From the NCBI GenBank assembly GCA_964369015.1, contig CAYJDS010000002.1, forward strand, positions 1 to 36,314: a DNA stretch of 36,314 nt. The letters run 5' to 3'. The notes beneath the pieces were generated by a model. The model saw only the letters and a program-made list of their open reading frames with translations. It ran no database searches and was not told the DNA's origin. Each line of letters starts with the position of its first letter. Positions within the stretch are counted from its first letter, which is position 1. The DNA is from an uncultured Staphylococcaceae bacterium. Lineage in GTDB: Bacteria > Bacillota_I > Bacilli_A > RFN20 > CAG-826. The translations under genes and the position numbers were made by a program. This document shows, piece by piece, positions 1-9,197 of this stretch.

Positions 1-5
1 AAATT

Positions 6-14
6 TGCTATAAT
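6..14 (+). promoter_or_regulatory. Candidate extended -10 promoter (TGCTATAAT) for rel
   Basis: TGnTATAAT at 6-14. AAGGAGA Shine-Dalgarno at about 21-27, upstream of the ATG at 33. Confidence 0.4.
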
Positions 15-32
15 AAATAGCAAGGAGAAGTC

Positions 33-2252
33 ATGAGTGCGTTAAATAAAGATGTTCTAAGTAGCAGTGGTAGTCCCCACACGTTCGAAAATGTCAAAGA
101 CATCTATTTTATTTATATTACGAACGAAACTGATCGCGCGAATATTTTACGTGCTTATGAATTTGCGCTCCAAAACCATGAAGGTCAACTGCGAAAAAGT
201 GGCGAACCTTATATTAATCATTTAATTGAAGTGGCTTACATTCTCGCCGAACTGCAAGCTGGTCCTTCCACAATTATTGCCGGTTTACTTCATGATGTCG
301 TTGAAGATACTGATGTTGAAGTAAGTGACATTGAAAAGATGTTTGGTAAAGACGTCGCGATGATTGTTGATAGTGTTACCAAGATTCAACGCTTGAAGTT
401 AAGTAAGAAGAAGGACGAAAGCTCCTTTCTTTATGAAGATCACCGTAAAATCTTTTTAGGAATGGCCAAAGACATTCGGGTTATTATTATTAAACTTGCT
501 GATCGACTCCATAACTTACGAACGCTTGATTATCTCTCCCCCGCCCGTCAGTTAGCCATCGCTAACGAAACAATGGCGGTCTACGCCCCAATCGCGGGTC
601 GACTCGGGATGGGAAAAGTCAAAGCAGAAATGGAAGATTTGAGTCTTAAATATATTGATCCGGCCACTTATCATCATTTAGTGACCCTTGTTGAACAAAA
701 AAGTCCTAATTTAGAACGCGCGCTCGTTGAAGTTAGTAAGCGAATTGCCGACATTCTCTTTCGTAATAACATTAAGTTTGAAATGCAGTTTAGAGTTAAG
801 TCACTTTATAGCATTTATAAAAAGATGAAAGAAAAAGATAACGACTTTGATAAGATTTATGACTTAATGGCCTTACGTATTATTACTGATAACGAACTTA
901 ATTGTTATGAGATTCTTGGGCTAATTCACGCGACCTATCGTCCGGTTTCGGGTCGTTTTAAAGACTATATCGCGGTTCCTAAAAGTAACATGTACCAAAG
1001 TCTCCATACAACGATTTTTAGTGGTGACGGCAATGCGATTGAAGTCCAAATCCGCACCCGCGAGATGGATAAGATTGCTGATGCTGGGGTTGCGGCGCAC
1101 TGGGCATACAAAGAAGGAACAAATTATAACCCAGAAAAAGAACAACGGGAAATTGAAAATAAACTGCATTGGCTGCGTGATTTTGTTGGAATATCAAGCG
1201 AATCAAGTGACAATGCAAAAGAATACATGGATACAATCTCAAAAGAAATTTTTGAAGCTAGTGTCTATGTTTTTACCCCAAAAGGTAATGTTGTTGAATT
1301 ACCAGTCGGCGCTACTCCGTTAGATTTTGCTTATAAGATTCACACTAAAGTCGGTGACTCTGCGATCGGAGCGCTCGTTAACGATAAACTGGTCGCGCTC
1401 AATACCCAATTAAAAACAGGCGACATATGCGAAATAAGGACGAGTAAAACCGCAAACGGGCCCAATGAGTCGTGGTTAAATATTGTGACCACTAATACGG
1501 CACGGAACCATATTCGCAAAGTTCTCTCTCGGAAAAACCAACTTTTAACGCGCGACGAAAACATTGAAAAAGGTCGCTCCTCATTAGTGGATGGTTTCAA
1601 AGAACGATTATTTAATGAAAGTGAAGTTGATGGATTTGTAAATAAACCGGCTGTTTTGAAACATTTTGGGGTTGATGATTATAATGAATTACTCTTACTT
1701 ATTTACTTACGAAACGTAACCCCCGCAGCAGTTTTAGATTATTTAAAACTAGACCGGCGTGATCATCTTGGTAAACTCCTCAATAAAGGGCGAAAAGTAG
1801 AAGATGCGAAAAACCCGGTTATTGTCCCTGGCGCCGGGACGGTCGCCGTTACGCTTGGCAATTGCTGTACCCCTATTCCGGGCGACGAAATTGTTGGCTA
1901 TATTACAAAAGGAAAGGGAATTACTGTTCACCGGGTTACTTGTCCAAATATTGTTAATGTTATGGACCGGACTGTGGAAGTTTTTTGGAACGAAAACAGT
2001 GTCACAAAAGTTTATCCGCTTGATTTAAGTGTTAAATGTAACGACCGGGATAATTTACTAGTCGACGTAATGAATTCACTTAGTCAAGCTAAAGTCGTAA
2101 TCTCCAAAATTAAAGCTACGTATCACCCGGCAAACAAAACGAGTGTGATTGATGTAACGATTTTAATCGCCAACGTAAGTGAACTCGCGCGAGTCCAAAG
2201 TATTATCGGACAAGTTGATTCCGTCTACCGAATTGACCGTGTTTTCCATTAA
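33..2252 (+). CDS. relA: Bifunctional (p)ppGpp synthetase/hydrolase, RelA/SpoT (Rel) family
   Basis: 739-aa ORF. HD hydrolase motif (HLIEV...LLHDVVEDT), synthetase core (YRPVSGRFKDYIAVPKSNMYQSLHTT), and TGS and ACT-like C-terminal regions. Confidence 0.93.
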   Translation: MSALNKDVLSSSGSPHTFENVKDIYFIYITNETDRANILRAYEFALQNHEGQLRKSGEPYINHLIEVAYILAELQAGPSTIIAGLLHDVVEDTDVEVSDIEKMFGKDVAMIVDSVTKIQRLKLSKKKDESSFLYEDHRKIFLGMAKDIRVIIIKLADRLHNLRTLDYLSPARQLAIANETMAVYAPIAGRLGMGKVKAEMEDLSLKYIDPATYHHLVTLVEQKSPNLERALVEVSKRIADILFRNNIKFEMQFRVKSLYSIYKKMKEKDNDFDKIYDLMALRIITDNELNCYEILGLIHATYRPVSGRFKDYIAVPKSNMYQSLHTTIFSGDGNAIEVQIRTREMDKIADAGVAAHWAYKEGTNYNPEKEQREIENKLHWLRDFVGISSESSDNAKEYMDTISKEIFEASVYVFTPKGNVVELPVGATPLDFAYKIHTKVGDSAIGALVNDKLVALNTQLKTGDICEIRTSKTANGPNESWLNIVTTNTARNHIRKVLSRKNQLLTRDENIEKGRSSLVDGFKERLFNESEVDGFVNKPAVLKHFGVDDYNELLLLIYLRNVTPAAVLDYLKLDRRDHLGKLLNKGRKVEDAKNPVIVPGAGTVAVTLGNCCTPIPGDEIVGYITKGKGITVHRVTCPNIVNVMDRTVEVFWNENSVTKVYPLDLSVKCNDRDNLLVDVMNSLSQAKVVISKIKATYHPANKTSVIDVTILIANVSELARVQSIIGQVDSVYRIDRVFH

Positions 2253-2320
2253 ATTCGCCTGTTAGTTATTTATTAGTAGTTTGTTAGTAATATTTTAGTT
2301 AAATTAGCGATTTGATAACA

Positions 2321-2350
2321 TTGACTATTCATCCCTGTTTAGCGTATAAT
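2321..2350 (+). promoter_or_regulatory. Sigma-A type promoter driving the T-box leader and hisS-aspS
   Basis: TTGACT (2321-2326), 18-nt spacer, TATAAT (2345-2350). Confidence 0.6.
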
Positions 2351-2356
2351 TTAAGT

Positions 2357-2566
2357 GTCTATGAAGTGGGTCCTTTTAAAGTGTAGTTATAGAGACTAGT
2401 TGGGTGGTGGAAAACTAGCGCATACTTCAAAAAGGTGACACCATGGAGATAAGTTTCTAAAACAATAAGAAACCGTTAACTGGCGTTAAAGTAAGAGTGC
2501 GTCTATTTTATAGACGAAGTAAGGTGGTACCGCGGAGTTTTCCGCCCTTAGGCTACCTTTTTTATT
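2357..2566 (+). promoter_or_regulatory. T-box riboswitch leader (tRNA-sensing transcription attenuator)
   Basis: Canonical T-box sequence AAGGTGGTACCGCGG at 2521-2535. It is followed by a terminator-type hairpin and T-run (ccgcccttaggctaccTTTTTT, to 2566). Upstream there is an AGAGA bulge plus a CTAGTT/AACTAG hairpin with a GGGTGGTGGAA loop (2391-2418), typical of the Stem I distal platform. Confidence 0.85.
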
Positions 2567-2580
2567 TACTGGAGGAAAAT

Positions 2581-3969
2581 ATGGCAACAATTAATAGTCC
2601 CAAAGGCACCCATGATTTGCTTGGTGATGAAGCCCGTGCTTACACTTATATTAGTGGTGTTTGTAGTGATGTGGCCGAACTTTATGGTTATGACCCACTT
2701 TCAACCCCGATTTTTGAAGCAAATGAACTTTTTGCACGTGGCGTTGGGGGCGCAACTGATATCGTTCGAAAAGAAATGTATGTATTTACTGATAAAGGCG
2801 AACGCTTAATGGCGCTTCGTCCGGAAGGCACTGCTGGGGTTATTCGGAGTGTTATCGATAAGAAACTCTATGCAACTAATCCCCTTCCGCTTCGTTATTA
2901 CTATAATGGCCCAATGTTTCGCTATGAACGGCCCCAATTAGGTCGTTATCGTCAGTTTCACCAATTTGGGGTTGAAAACATTGGCGGCGACTCGATATAT
3001 GATGATTTAGAAGTCATCCTTTTAGCGCTTCACTCCCTACAATCATTAGGTTTTGAAAAAGTAACAACTACGATTAATAGTTTAAGTAGTGGCGCAACCA
3101 GAGAACGTTATAAAGTTGCCTTAAAAGAGTTTTATAGGAGCCATCTTGATCATCTCTGCGCTGATTGTCATGTTCGTTATGAACAAAATCCACTCCGTCT
3201 TTTAGACTGCAAAGTACCAGAAGACGCCGCATTAGCCAAAAAAGCGCCGAAAATTGCTGAATTTTTAACTAATCAAGATAAGGAAGACTTAGATTTCATT
3301 ATTAGTGAATTAGCAAATTACGGCTTTGAAGCCACAATTGATTATTCTTTAGTCCGTGGTTTAGATTACTATTCGGGAGTTATTTTTGAATTTTCTTACG
3401 TCCCAAGTTCGGCCAAAGATTATGGCGCGATTGGCGGTGGCGGCCGTTATGACAAGTTAATTAGTAGTTTAGGCGGACCAGCTTATGAAGGAGTGGGGTT
3501 TGCCTTTGGCCTTGAACGACTCTATCACATTTTAAAAGAAGAAGGACTCTTAGATCATATTACGATTAAAGATGATGTTTATGTTATTAGTAGCAGTAAA
3601 ACGAAGTCTGAAGCCTTTAGATTACTCTCGGAACTTCGCACTGAAGGAGTGCGCGGCGTAATGAGCTTTAATGATAAGAGTTTTAAAGCCCACTTTAAAC
3701 TTGCGGAAGCGCGGGGCGCAAAATACGCCTTAATTATTGGCGAAGACGAACTAGCAGCAAACACTGTTACCTTCCGTGACTTAGCAAATCAATCACAAAT
3801 AAGTGTTCCTAGCGCCGAAATCGTTGCCCATACTGTCCACAGTCTTGGCTATCACGATCACCATGACCATGAACACTGTGATTGTGACCATGACCACGAG
3901 CACTGTGAATGTGACCATGACCATGAGCACGAAGGTTGCGCTTGTGGCCATCATCACCATGAAGAATAA
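2581..3969 (+). CDS. hisS: Histidine--tRNA ligase with a 38-aa His/Cys-rich C-terminal tail
   Basis: Class II HisRS motifs (MALRPEGTAGVIR, FRYERPQLGRYRQFHQFG, GGGGRYD). The start is set to the ATG at 2581, which follows GGAGG. The track start at 2497 lies inside the T-box leader. Confidence 0.93.
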   Translation: MATINSPKGTHDLLGDEARAYTYISGVCSDVAELYGYDPLSTPIFEANELFARGVGGATDIVRKEMYVFTDKGERLMALRPEGTAGVIRSVIDKKLYATNPLPLRYYYNGPMFRYERPQLGRYRQFHQFGVENIGGDSIYDDLEVILLALHSLQSLGFEKVTTTINSLSSGATRERYKVALKEFYRSHLDHLCADCHVRYEQNPLRLLDCKVPEDAALAKKAPKIAEFLTNQDKEDLDFIISELANYGFEATIDYSLVRGLDYYSGVIFEFSYVPSSAKDYGAIGGGGRYDKLISSLGGPAYEGVGFAFGLERLYHILKEEGLLDHITIKDDVYVISSSKTKSEAFRLLSELRTEGVRGVMSFNDKSFKAHFKLAEARGAKYALIIGEDELAANTVTFRDLANQSQISVPSAEIVAHTVHSLGYHDHHDHEHCDCDHDHEHCECDHDHEHEGCACGHHHHEE

Positions 3970-3979
3970 GAGGTAAATT

Positions 3980-5710
3980 ATGTATCGAAGTATTGAAAAC
4001 GGCAAAATATCGGAAAAAAACGTCGGTCAAAGTGTCAAAATTATTGGCTGGGTTAGTAAGAAACGTGACTTAGGAGCACTTACTTTTATTGATTTACGTG
4101 ATCGTAGTGGGATTGTTCAAGTCTTAATTAATGAAAATGTTACTCGGCCCGAAATTAGAAACGAATATGTTTTACAAATTGAAGGCATTGTGACCTTAAA
4201 AGCAGTTCCTAATCCAGTCTTAAAAACTGGCAAAATCGAAGTTGTGGCGACCCGGGTTACGTTAATTAATAAAGCAAAGAACCCGCCGCTGATTATTGCT
4301 GATGAAACAGATGCGCTTGATGACGTGCGGCTTAAATATCGTTATTTAGATTTAAGACGGAGTGTGCTCCAAGAAAAACTACGGATTCGCGCCAAAATTG
4401 CCAAAACGACCCGCGCTTTTCTTGATGAAGAAGGGTTTTTAGAAATTGAAACGCCAATTTTAACAAAGTCCACTCCTGGTGGGGCGCGTGACTATTTAGT
4501 GGCTTCCCGCTTAAATCCGGGAACCTTTTATGCCCTTGCCCAAAGTCCACAAATTTATAAGCAACTACTAATGATTGGCGGACTTGAAAAGTATTACCAA
4601 ATTGCTCGTTGTTTTCGGGACGAAGATTTACGGGCTGACCGTCAACCTGACTTTACCCAAATTGATATTGAAACGAGCTTCTTTACTTATGACGAACTCT
4701 TAAGCTTAAACGAACGCCTTTTGGCTAAAATCTTTAAAGAAGTCGTCGGTTATGACTTAAAACTACCTTTACAAAGACTAAGTTACCAAGATGCACTCAA
4801 ATATTACGGCTCTGATAAACCGGAAACACGCTTTGAGTTACGGTTAAACGAAGTAACAAACGTATTTAAAAACGAACCTTTCTTTGCTACTTTCACGGAA
4901 GTACAATCCGTAAAGATTAATGACCCCCATAATAAACTAAGTCGTAAAGTACTCGACGAATATAACGAACTAGCTAAACGCCATGGTATTGGCTATTTTG
5001 GGGTGTTAAAGTATGACGGAGTTAGTTTATCGGGCTCATTAGCGAAAAACATCGTGCATAGTGATGACGTTATTAACGGCTTAAAACTAGTTAAAGGCGA
5101 CGTCCTTTTCCTCGCTTATGGCCATAGTAGTTATAAACTTTTAACCGCCTTAGGGGCATTACGACTTCAATTAGGGCGTTTATTTGCCTTAATTGATGAT
5201 AAATCCTATGGCGTATTATGGGTTGACCGCTTTCCGCTTTTTAGTTATAACACCGAAACAAAGACTTACGCGAGTGAACATCACCCCTTTACGCAACCCT
5301 TACCCGAAGACTTAAGTAAATTAGAAACTAAACCAGAAGATGTCTCTAGTCTTGCCTTTGATATCGTGATTAACGGCTACGAAGCTGGGGGCGGGAGTAT
5401 GCGGATTTACGACCAAGAATTACAAAACAAAATCTTTGAAATCTTAGGTTTAAGCGCTGCAGAAATTGATTCATTATTTGGTTTCTTTATTGAAGCATTA
5501 AAATACGGCACGCCGCCCCATGGTGGGATTGCTTTTGGTCTTGACCGCTTAACAATGGTCTTAAGTGGGACGAATGACATTCGCGATGTAATTGCGTTTC
5601 CGAAAAATTTAAAGGGCGCAAGCTTAATGAGTGAAGAACCATCGCGCGTTAGTGACTTTCAATTAGACGAATTATGTATTAAAATAGATACAGAAAGAAG
5701 TGAGGGGTAA
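3980..5710 (+). CDS. aspS: Aspartate--tRNA ligase
   Basis: 576-aa ORF. OB-fold N-terminus, class II motifs (FRDEDLRADRQPDFTQID, GGGSMRI, GLDRL). Sits 10 nt after hisS, the same pairing as in Bacillus. Confidence 0.93.
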   Translation: MYRSIENGKISEKNVGQSVKIIGWVSKKRDLGALTFIDLRDRSGIVQVLINENVTRPEIRNEYVLQIEGIVTLKAVPNPVLKTGKIEVVATRVTLINKAKNPPLIIADETDALDDVRLKYRYLDLRRSVLQEKLRIRAKIAKTTRAFLDEEGFLEIETPILTKSTPGGARDYLVASRLNPGTFYALAQSPQIYKQLLMIGGLEKYYQIARCFRDEDLRADRQPDFTQIDIETSFFTYDELLSLNERLLAKIFKEVVGYDLKLPLQRLSYQDALKYYGSDKPETRFELRLNEVTNVFKNEPFFATFTEVQSVKINDPHNKLSRKVLDEYNELAKRHGIGYFGVLKYDGVSLSGSLAKNIVHSDDVINGLKLVKGDVLFLAYGHSSYKLLTALGALRLQLGRLFALIDDKSYGVLWVDRFPLFSYNTETKTYASEHHPFTQPLPEDLSKLETKPEDVSSLAFDIVINGYEAGGGSMRIYDQELQNKIFEILGLSAAEIDSLFGFFIEALKYGTPPHGGIAFGLDRLTMVLSGTNDIRDVIAFPKNLKGASLMSEEPSRVSDFQLDELCIKIDTERSEG

Positions 5711-5713
5711 ATT

Positions 5714-7861
5714 ATGTGCTTTTTTAAAAAGAATAATGTTGACGCTTTAAGCATTGCAGCGATAAGAGCGACCGTAATTGACGTGACGAACGCGGCGAAT
5801 TCAGGCCATCCAGGAATGGCAATTGGGAGTGCTCCGCTCCTTTATAATTTATATAAAAATCATTTAAAGATTGATCCGAAAAATCCGCGCTGGATTGCTC
5901 GTGACCGTTTTGTTTTAAGTGCTGGTCACGCTAGTGCCCTCCTTTATACAACGCTTCATCTTGCTGGCTACGGCGTTGAACTCGATGACTTAAAAGCTTT
6001 TCGCCAACTTAATTCAATTACTCCTGGTCATCCCGAATTTGGGTTAACACCAGGCGTTGACGCAACAACTGGCCCGCTTGGCCAAGGACTTGCTAATGCG
6101 GTTGGGATGGCACTTAGTGAAGCCTCGCTTGTTGCCCGTTATCCAAAATACGCTCATTTATTAAGTCATTACACTTATGCCCTAGTGGGGGACGGCTGTT
6201 TACAAGAAGGGATTAGTCAAGAAGTAGTCTCATTTGCCGGCCATCAAAAATTAAATAAACTGATTGTTTTTTATGACGCAAATGACGTGACCCTTGACGG
6301 ACCACTTAGTGATACTTTTAGTGAAAATGTTGCGCTGCGCTTTGAAGCTAGTGGCTGGCGCGTCTTTAAAGTTAGTAACGGCAATAATATCCATCAAATT
6401 GATAAAGCTATCCGTAAAGCGAAAAAAGGTGATAAACCAACGCTTGTTATTATGAAAACGATTATTGGCCAAGGTAGCCGTCAACAAGGAACCCATCGCG
6501 TCCATGGATCTCCACTTGGTGAATTAGACGGTTCGTTTGCCAAAGGCACCTACCATTACCCTTACGCTTCTTGGGAAATTCCACTTGAAGTATATGACGG
6601 AATGCGCCACAGTATTGCGAAAAACGGCCAACGAAGTTTCGATACTTGGAGCAAAGCTTACAGTGAACTTGAAAAAGATTTAAGTGCTGAGGCGGCGGAT
6701 TTAAAATTATCTTTAAGTGACGATACCGCGGATGTTATTTCTAAAATTCACGTTAACTTTGACGATGATTCAAGCGAAGCAACGAGAAATACGAGTGGCA
6801 ATCTTTTAGCCGCCTTTAATCGTCATCTCCCTCATTTAATGGGCGGAAGCGCTGACGTTGCAAGTAGTGTTATGACTAATATTGACGGCGAAACAAACTT
6901 TACCGCGAAAAATCGGAAGGGCCGCAATGTTAATTTCGGCATTCGTGAATTTGGAATGGCGGCGATTAGTAACGGGATGCTCCTCCACGGTGGCATTCGT
7001 CCTTACATTGGCTCGTTTTTAATCTTTAGTGATTATATGCGTAACGCTGTCCGGCTTGCGGCTTTAAGTCACTTACCAAACATTTACTTATTTAGTCATG
7101 ATAGTGTCCAATTAGGCGAAGACGGACCAACGCACCAACCAATTGAACATTTAGCAATCTTCCGTGCAACCCCAAATGTTGATGTGTGGCGGCCAGGCGA
7201 CGCACGCGAAACTTATGTCGCGTGGAAAGAAGCACTTTTAAGTAAAAATCGGCCGCATATTTTAGCGCTCTCGCGCCAAAAATTACCAATTTTAGTTGGT
7301 AGTAAAAATGAAAAACTTATTGCCCGCGGTGGTTATGTTGTCAGTTACGAAAATAAAAAGAATAAACTCGACTTTATTATTATTGCGACCGGGAGCGAAG
7401 TTAACCTCGCCGTTAAGGCGCAAAATCTCTTATTACTCCAAGGCTTTAACGTCCGCGTTGTTTCAATGCCTTCAATCGACGTCTTTAGACGGCAAGAGGC
7501 CAAATACATTAAAGAAGTCTTACCGCTTGAAAAGAAAAAGCGGATTGCGGTCGAAATTTTAACAAGCTTTGGGTGGCATGAATGGGCCGATCACACGATG
7601 TGCTTAGACCGCTTCGGTTATAGTGCGCCACAAAAAGATATTATTAAACATTTAAATTACACGCCCGAAACACTGGCCCGGATTATTGAAACGCTCCTTG
7701 ACCCTAAAGCTAAGGCGAAAGGGGAAGTAATTTATTCTTCCACCAAGGGTGAAGATATTCCCCCAGCAATTCACAATTTAGATGAAGCTTTACCTGGTGA
7801 AGAATTAGGAAGTACCCCAAGCGAAGAAGAAGTACTGCCGCCAGTTGAAGAAGTAGAATAA
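5714..7861 (+). CDS. tkt: Transketolase with an approximately 53-aa acidic/Pro-rich C-terminal extension
   Basis: 715-aa ORF. ThDP motifs (SGHPGMAIG, GDGCLQEG, GEDGPTHQPIEHL). Confidence 0.9.
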   Translation: MCFFKKNNVDALSIAAIRATVIDVTNAANSGHPGMAIGSAPLLYNLYKNHLKIDPKNPRWIARDRFVLSAGHASALLYTTLHLAGYGVELDDLKAFRQLNSITPGHPEFGLTPGVDATTGPLGQGLANAVGMALSEASLVARYPKYAHLLSHYTYALVGDGCLQEGISQEVVSFAGHQKLNKLIVFYDANDVTLDGPLSDTFSENVALRFEASGWRVFKVSNGNNIHQIDKAIRKAKKGDKPTLVIMKTIIGQGSRQQGTHRVHGSPLGELDGSFAKGTYHYPYASWEIPLEVYDGMRHSIAKNGQRSFDTWSKAYSELEKDLSAEAADLKLSLSDDTADVISKIHVNFDDDSSEATRNTSGNLLAAFNRHLPHLMGGSADVASSVMTNIDGETNFTAKNRKGRNVNFGIREFGMAAISNGMLLHGGIRPYIGSFLIFSDYMRNAVRLAALSHLPNIYLFSHDSVQLGEDGPTHQPIEHLAIFRATPNVDVWRPGDARETYVAWKEALLSKNRPHILALSRQKLPILVGSKNEKLIARGGYVVSYENKKNKLDFIIIATGSEVNLAVKAQNLLLLQGFNVRVVSMPSIDVFRRQEAKYIKEVLPLEKKKRIAVEILTSFGWHEWADHTMCLDRFGYSAPQKDIIKHLNYTPETLARIIETLLDPKAKAKGEVIYSSTKGEDIPPAIHNLDEALPGEELGSTPSEEEVLPPVEEVE

Positions 7862-7872
7862 ATATTATTACT

Positions 7873-7900
7873 AGCTCCTGCTTACCGCGGGAGCTTTTTT
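7873..7900 (+). terminator. Rho-independent terminator after tkt
   Basis: AGCTCC ... GGAGCT stem followed by TTTTTT. Confidence 0.75.
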
Positions 7901-7944
7901 AAAAGACAAAAGTTACGTAAAGCGCAATTTTATATTTGCATTTA

Positions 7945-7973
7945 TTGAACAAATCGCCAAGTTTCGTTATAAT
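7945..7973 (+). promoter_or_regulatory. Sigma-A type promoter of the asp23-like/nusB/xseAB operon
   Basis: TTGAAC (7945-7950), 17-nt spacer, TATAAT (7968-7973). GAGGA Shine-Dalgarno before the ATG at 7991. Confidence 0.65.
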
Positions 7974-7990
7974 AGTTGTGAGGAAAATTT

Positions 7991-8317
7991 ATGGCAGATT
8001 ATGTTTACATCCAAAACTACAACAAAAAAGGCGTGATGGGCATTTCTTATTTAGTTTTTGACCAAATTGCCCAAATAGCGACCAATGAAGTTGCCGGGGC
8101 AACCGTGCAAGAGAAAAAACGTTACTCCTTATTTAAACCTGTCAAATGTACGATTCGCAATGGCGAAGTTAGTGTCAAGATTATTGTCAAAATTTCTCCC
8201 GATTCTGATTCAACGGAAGTAAAAAAGGAAATTCAAACCAACGTTGAAACTTCACTCACCCAAATGACGGAGTTAATTCCGTTTAATATTAAGGTTGAGG
8301 TAGTTGGCGCTAGTTAA
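7991..8317 (+). CDS. Asp23/Gls24-family (alkaline shock protein-like) protein, YqhY-like
   Basis: 108 aa. The N-terminal pattern (ISYLVFDQIAQIATNEVAGA) is typical of DUF322/Asp23. It occupies the conserved position upstream of nusB seen in Firmicutes. Confidence 0.7.
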   Translation: MADYVYIQNYNKKGVMGISYLVFDQIAQIATNEVAGATVQEKKRYSLFKPVKCTIRNGEVSVKIIVKISPDSDSTEVKKEIQTNVETSLTQMTELIPFNIKVEVVGAS

Positions 8318-8320
8318 GCG

Positions 8321-8800
8321 ATGAAAAACAAAACAGCGGTAAAAACCATACAAAGATCTTTAGGTGGACTTATCCGCTTTTTTTTATTAGTGCCTGCTCT
8401 TCTTAACTTAATCGGCAATTATATTGGTCTTACCCAACAATACACTTTTTATTCTTTTGGCTATAATAGCGTTAGTTTACTCTCACGCTTGATTGAAAAT
8501 AATATCGTTGACCTCACTTGGCGGACAATAGCGCTTGTCTTAATAACTTTTTTAGCAAGTTTTATTATTTTTATCTTCCTGCGGCAAACAAGAAAAGGCA
8601 ACGGATGGATTTTTGTTTTATTATTCCTCCTTTATAGTGCCGATGCTTTATTAGTTTATAGTAATAGTTATTTAGAAAATGGCCTTGCCCTTAGTATTAC
8701 GACTTTTATTCATTATTTCGTTTTATTAGTGGTTGCGACGCTTGCCTTATTTTATGCTTACTTAAGTCCAATTAAAAGGGGTTACTATGATCACGCGTAA
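8321..8800 (+). CDS. Hypothetical integral membrane protein (about 4 TM segments)
   Basis: 159-aa ORF with several long hydrophobic stretches. It abuts neighbouring genes closely (4-nt gap upstream, 14-nt overlap with nusB). I recognise no family. Confidence 0.55.
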   Translation: MKNKTAVKTIQRSLGGLIRFFLLVPALLNLIGNYIGLTQQYTFYSFGYNSVSLLSRLIENNIVDLTWRTIALVLITFLASFIIFIFLRQTRKGNGWIFVLLFLLYSADALLVYSNSYLENGLALSITTFIHYFVLLVVATLALFYAYLSPIKRGYYDHA

Positions 8801-9197
8801 TCAAAGTCATGAATTAGGCATTAAAGTCCTCTATGCCATGCTAATTAACATTAAAAACGAACAACTAATCGATTTTAATGCTTTAATGGTCGGTATCAGT
8901 GACCTCCCCGCTGAAGAAATCCCCGTTTCCTTAAAAACGACCTTATTTAATGCTTTGAAGCATTATGAAGAAATAGTTGCTGTTTTAAGTAACTATTTAA
9001 AAGAATGGAAATTTAACCGCCTCAATCTTGTCACCCAAGCAATTTTAATTTATAGTTATGCTTTATTTACCTATACGGGAGAAGTTAGTAAAGCGATTGT
9101 CATTAACGTTGCCGTCAAACTCGCCAAAGACTACTTACTCGCGGACGAGTACAAATTCATTAATGGCATTCTTGATGAGGCCTTAAGTAATGCATGA
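8787..9197 (+). CDS. nusB: Transcription antitermination factor NusB
   Basis: 136 aa. NusB-like helices (W.FNRL...AIL, KFINGILD). Synteny with xseA and xseB. Confidence 0.85.
   Translation: MITRNQSHELGIKVLYAMLINIKNEQLIDFNALMVGISDLPAEEIPVSLKTTLFNALKHYEEIVAVLSNYLKEWKFNRLNLVTQAILIYSYALFTYTGEVSKAIVINVAVKLAKDYLLADEYKFINGILDEALSNA

Noticed and set aside
921-2028. Short ORFs overlapping rel in other frames or on the other strand (921-1169, 1018-1242, 1021-1323, 1340-1600, 1749-1931, 1804-2028). Similar shadow ORFs sit inside hisS, aspS, tkt, xerD, deoB, nadD, yqeH, yqeG, parC, parE, nfo, the helicase, nif3, sigA (for example 30028-30345 and 30429-30800), dnaG, glyQS and recO.
   Set aside because: All lie entirely within confidently identified longer CDS. 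They lack Shine-Dalgarno sites and have low-complexity or odd composition, so they are typical shadow ORFs.
2497-2580. The ORF-track start of hisS at 2497 (MRLFYRRSKVVPRSFPPLGYLFYLLEEN...).
   Set aside because: These 28 codons run through the T-box sequence and its terminator and have no Shine-Dalgarno. The in-frame ATG at 2581 is preceded by GGAGG and begins the conserved HisRS N-terminus.
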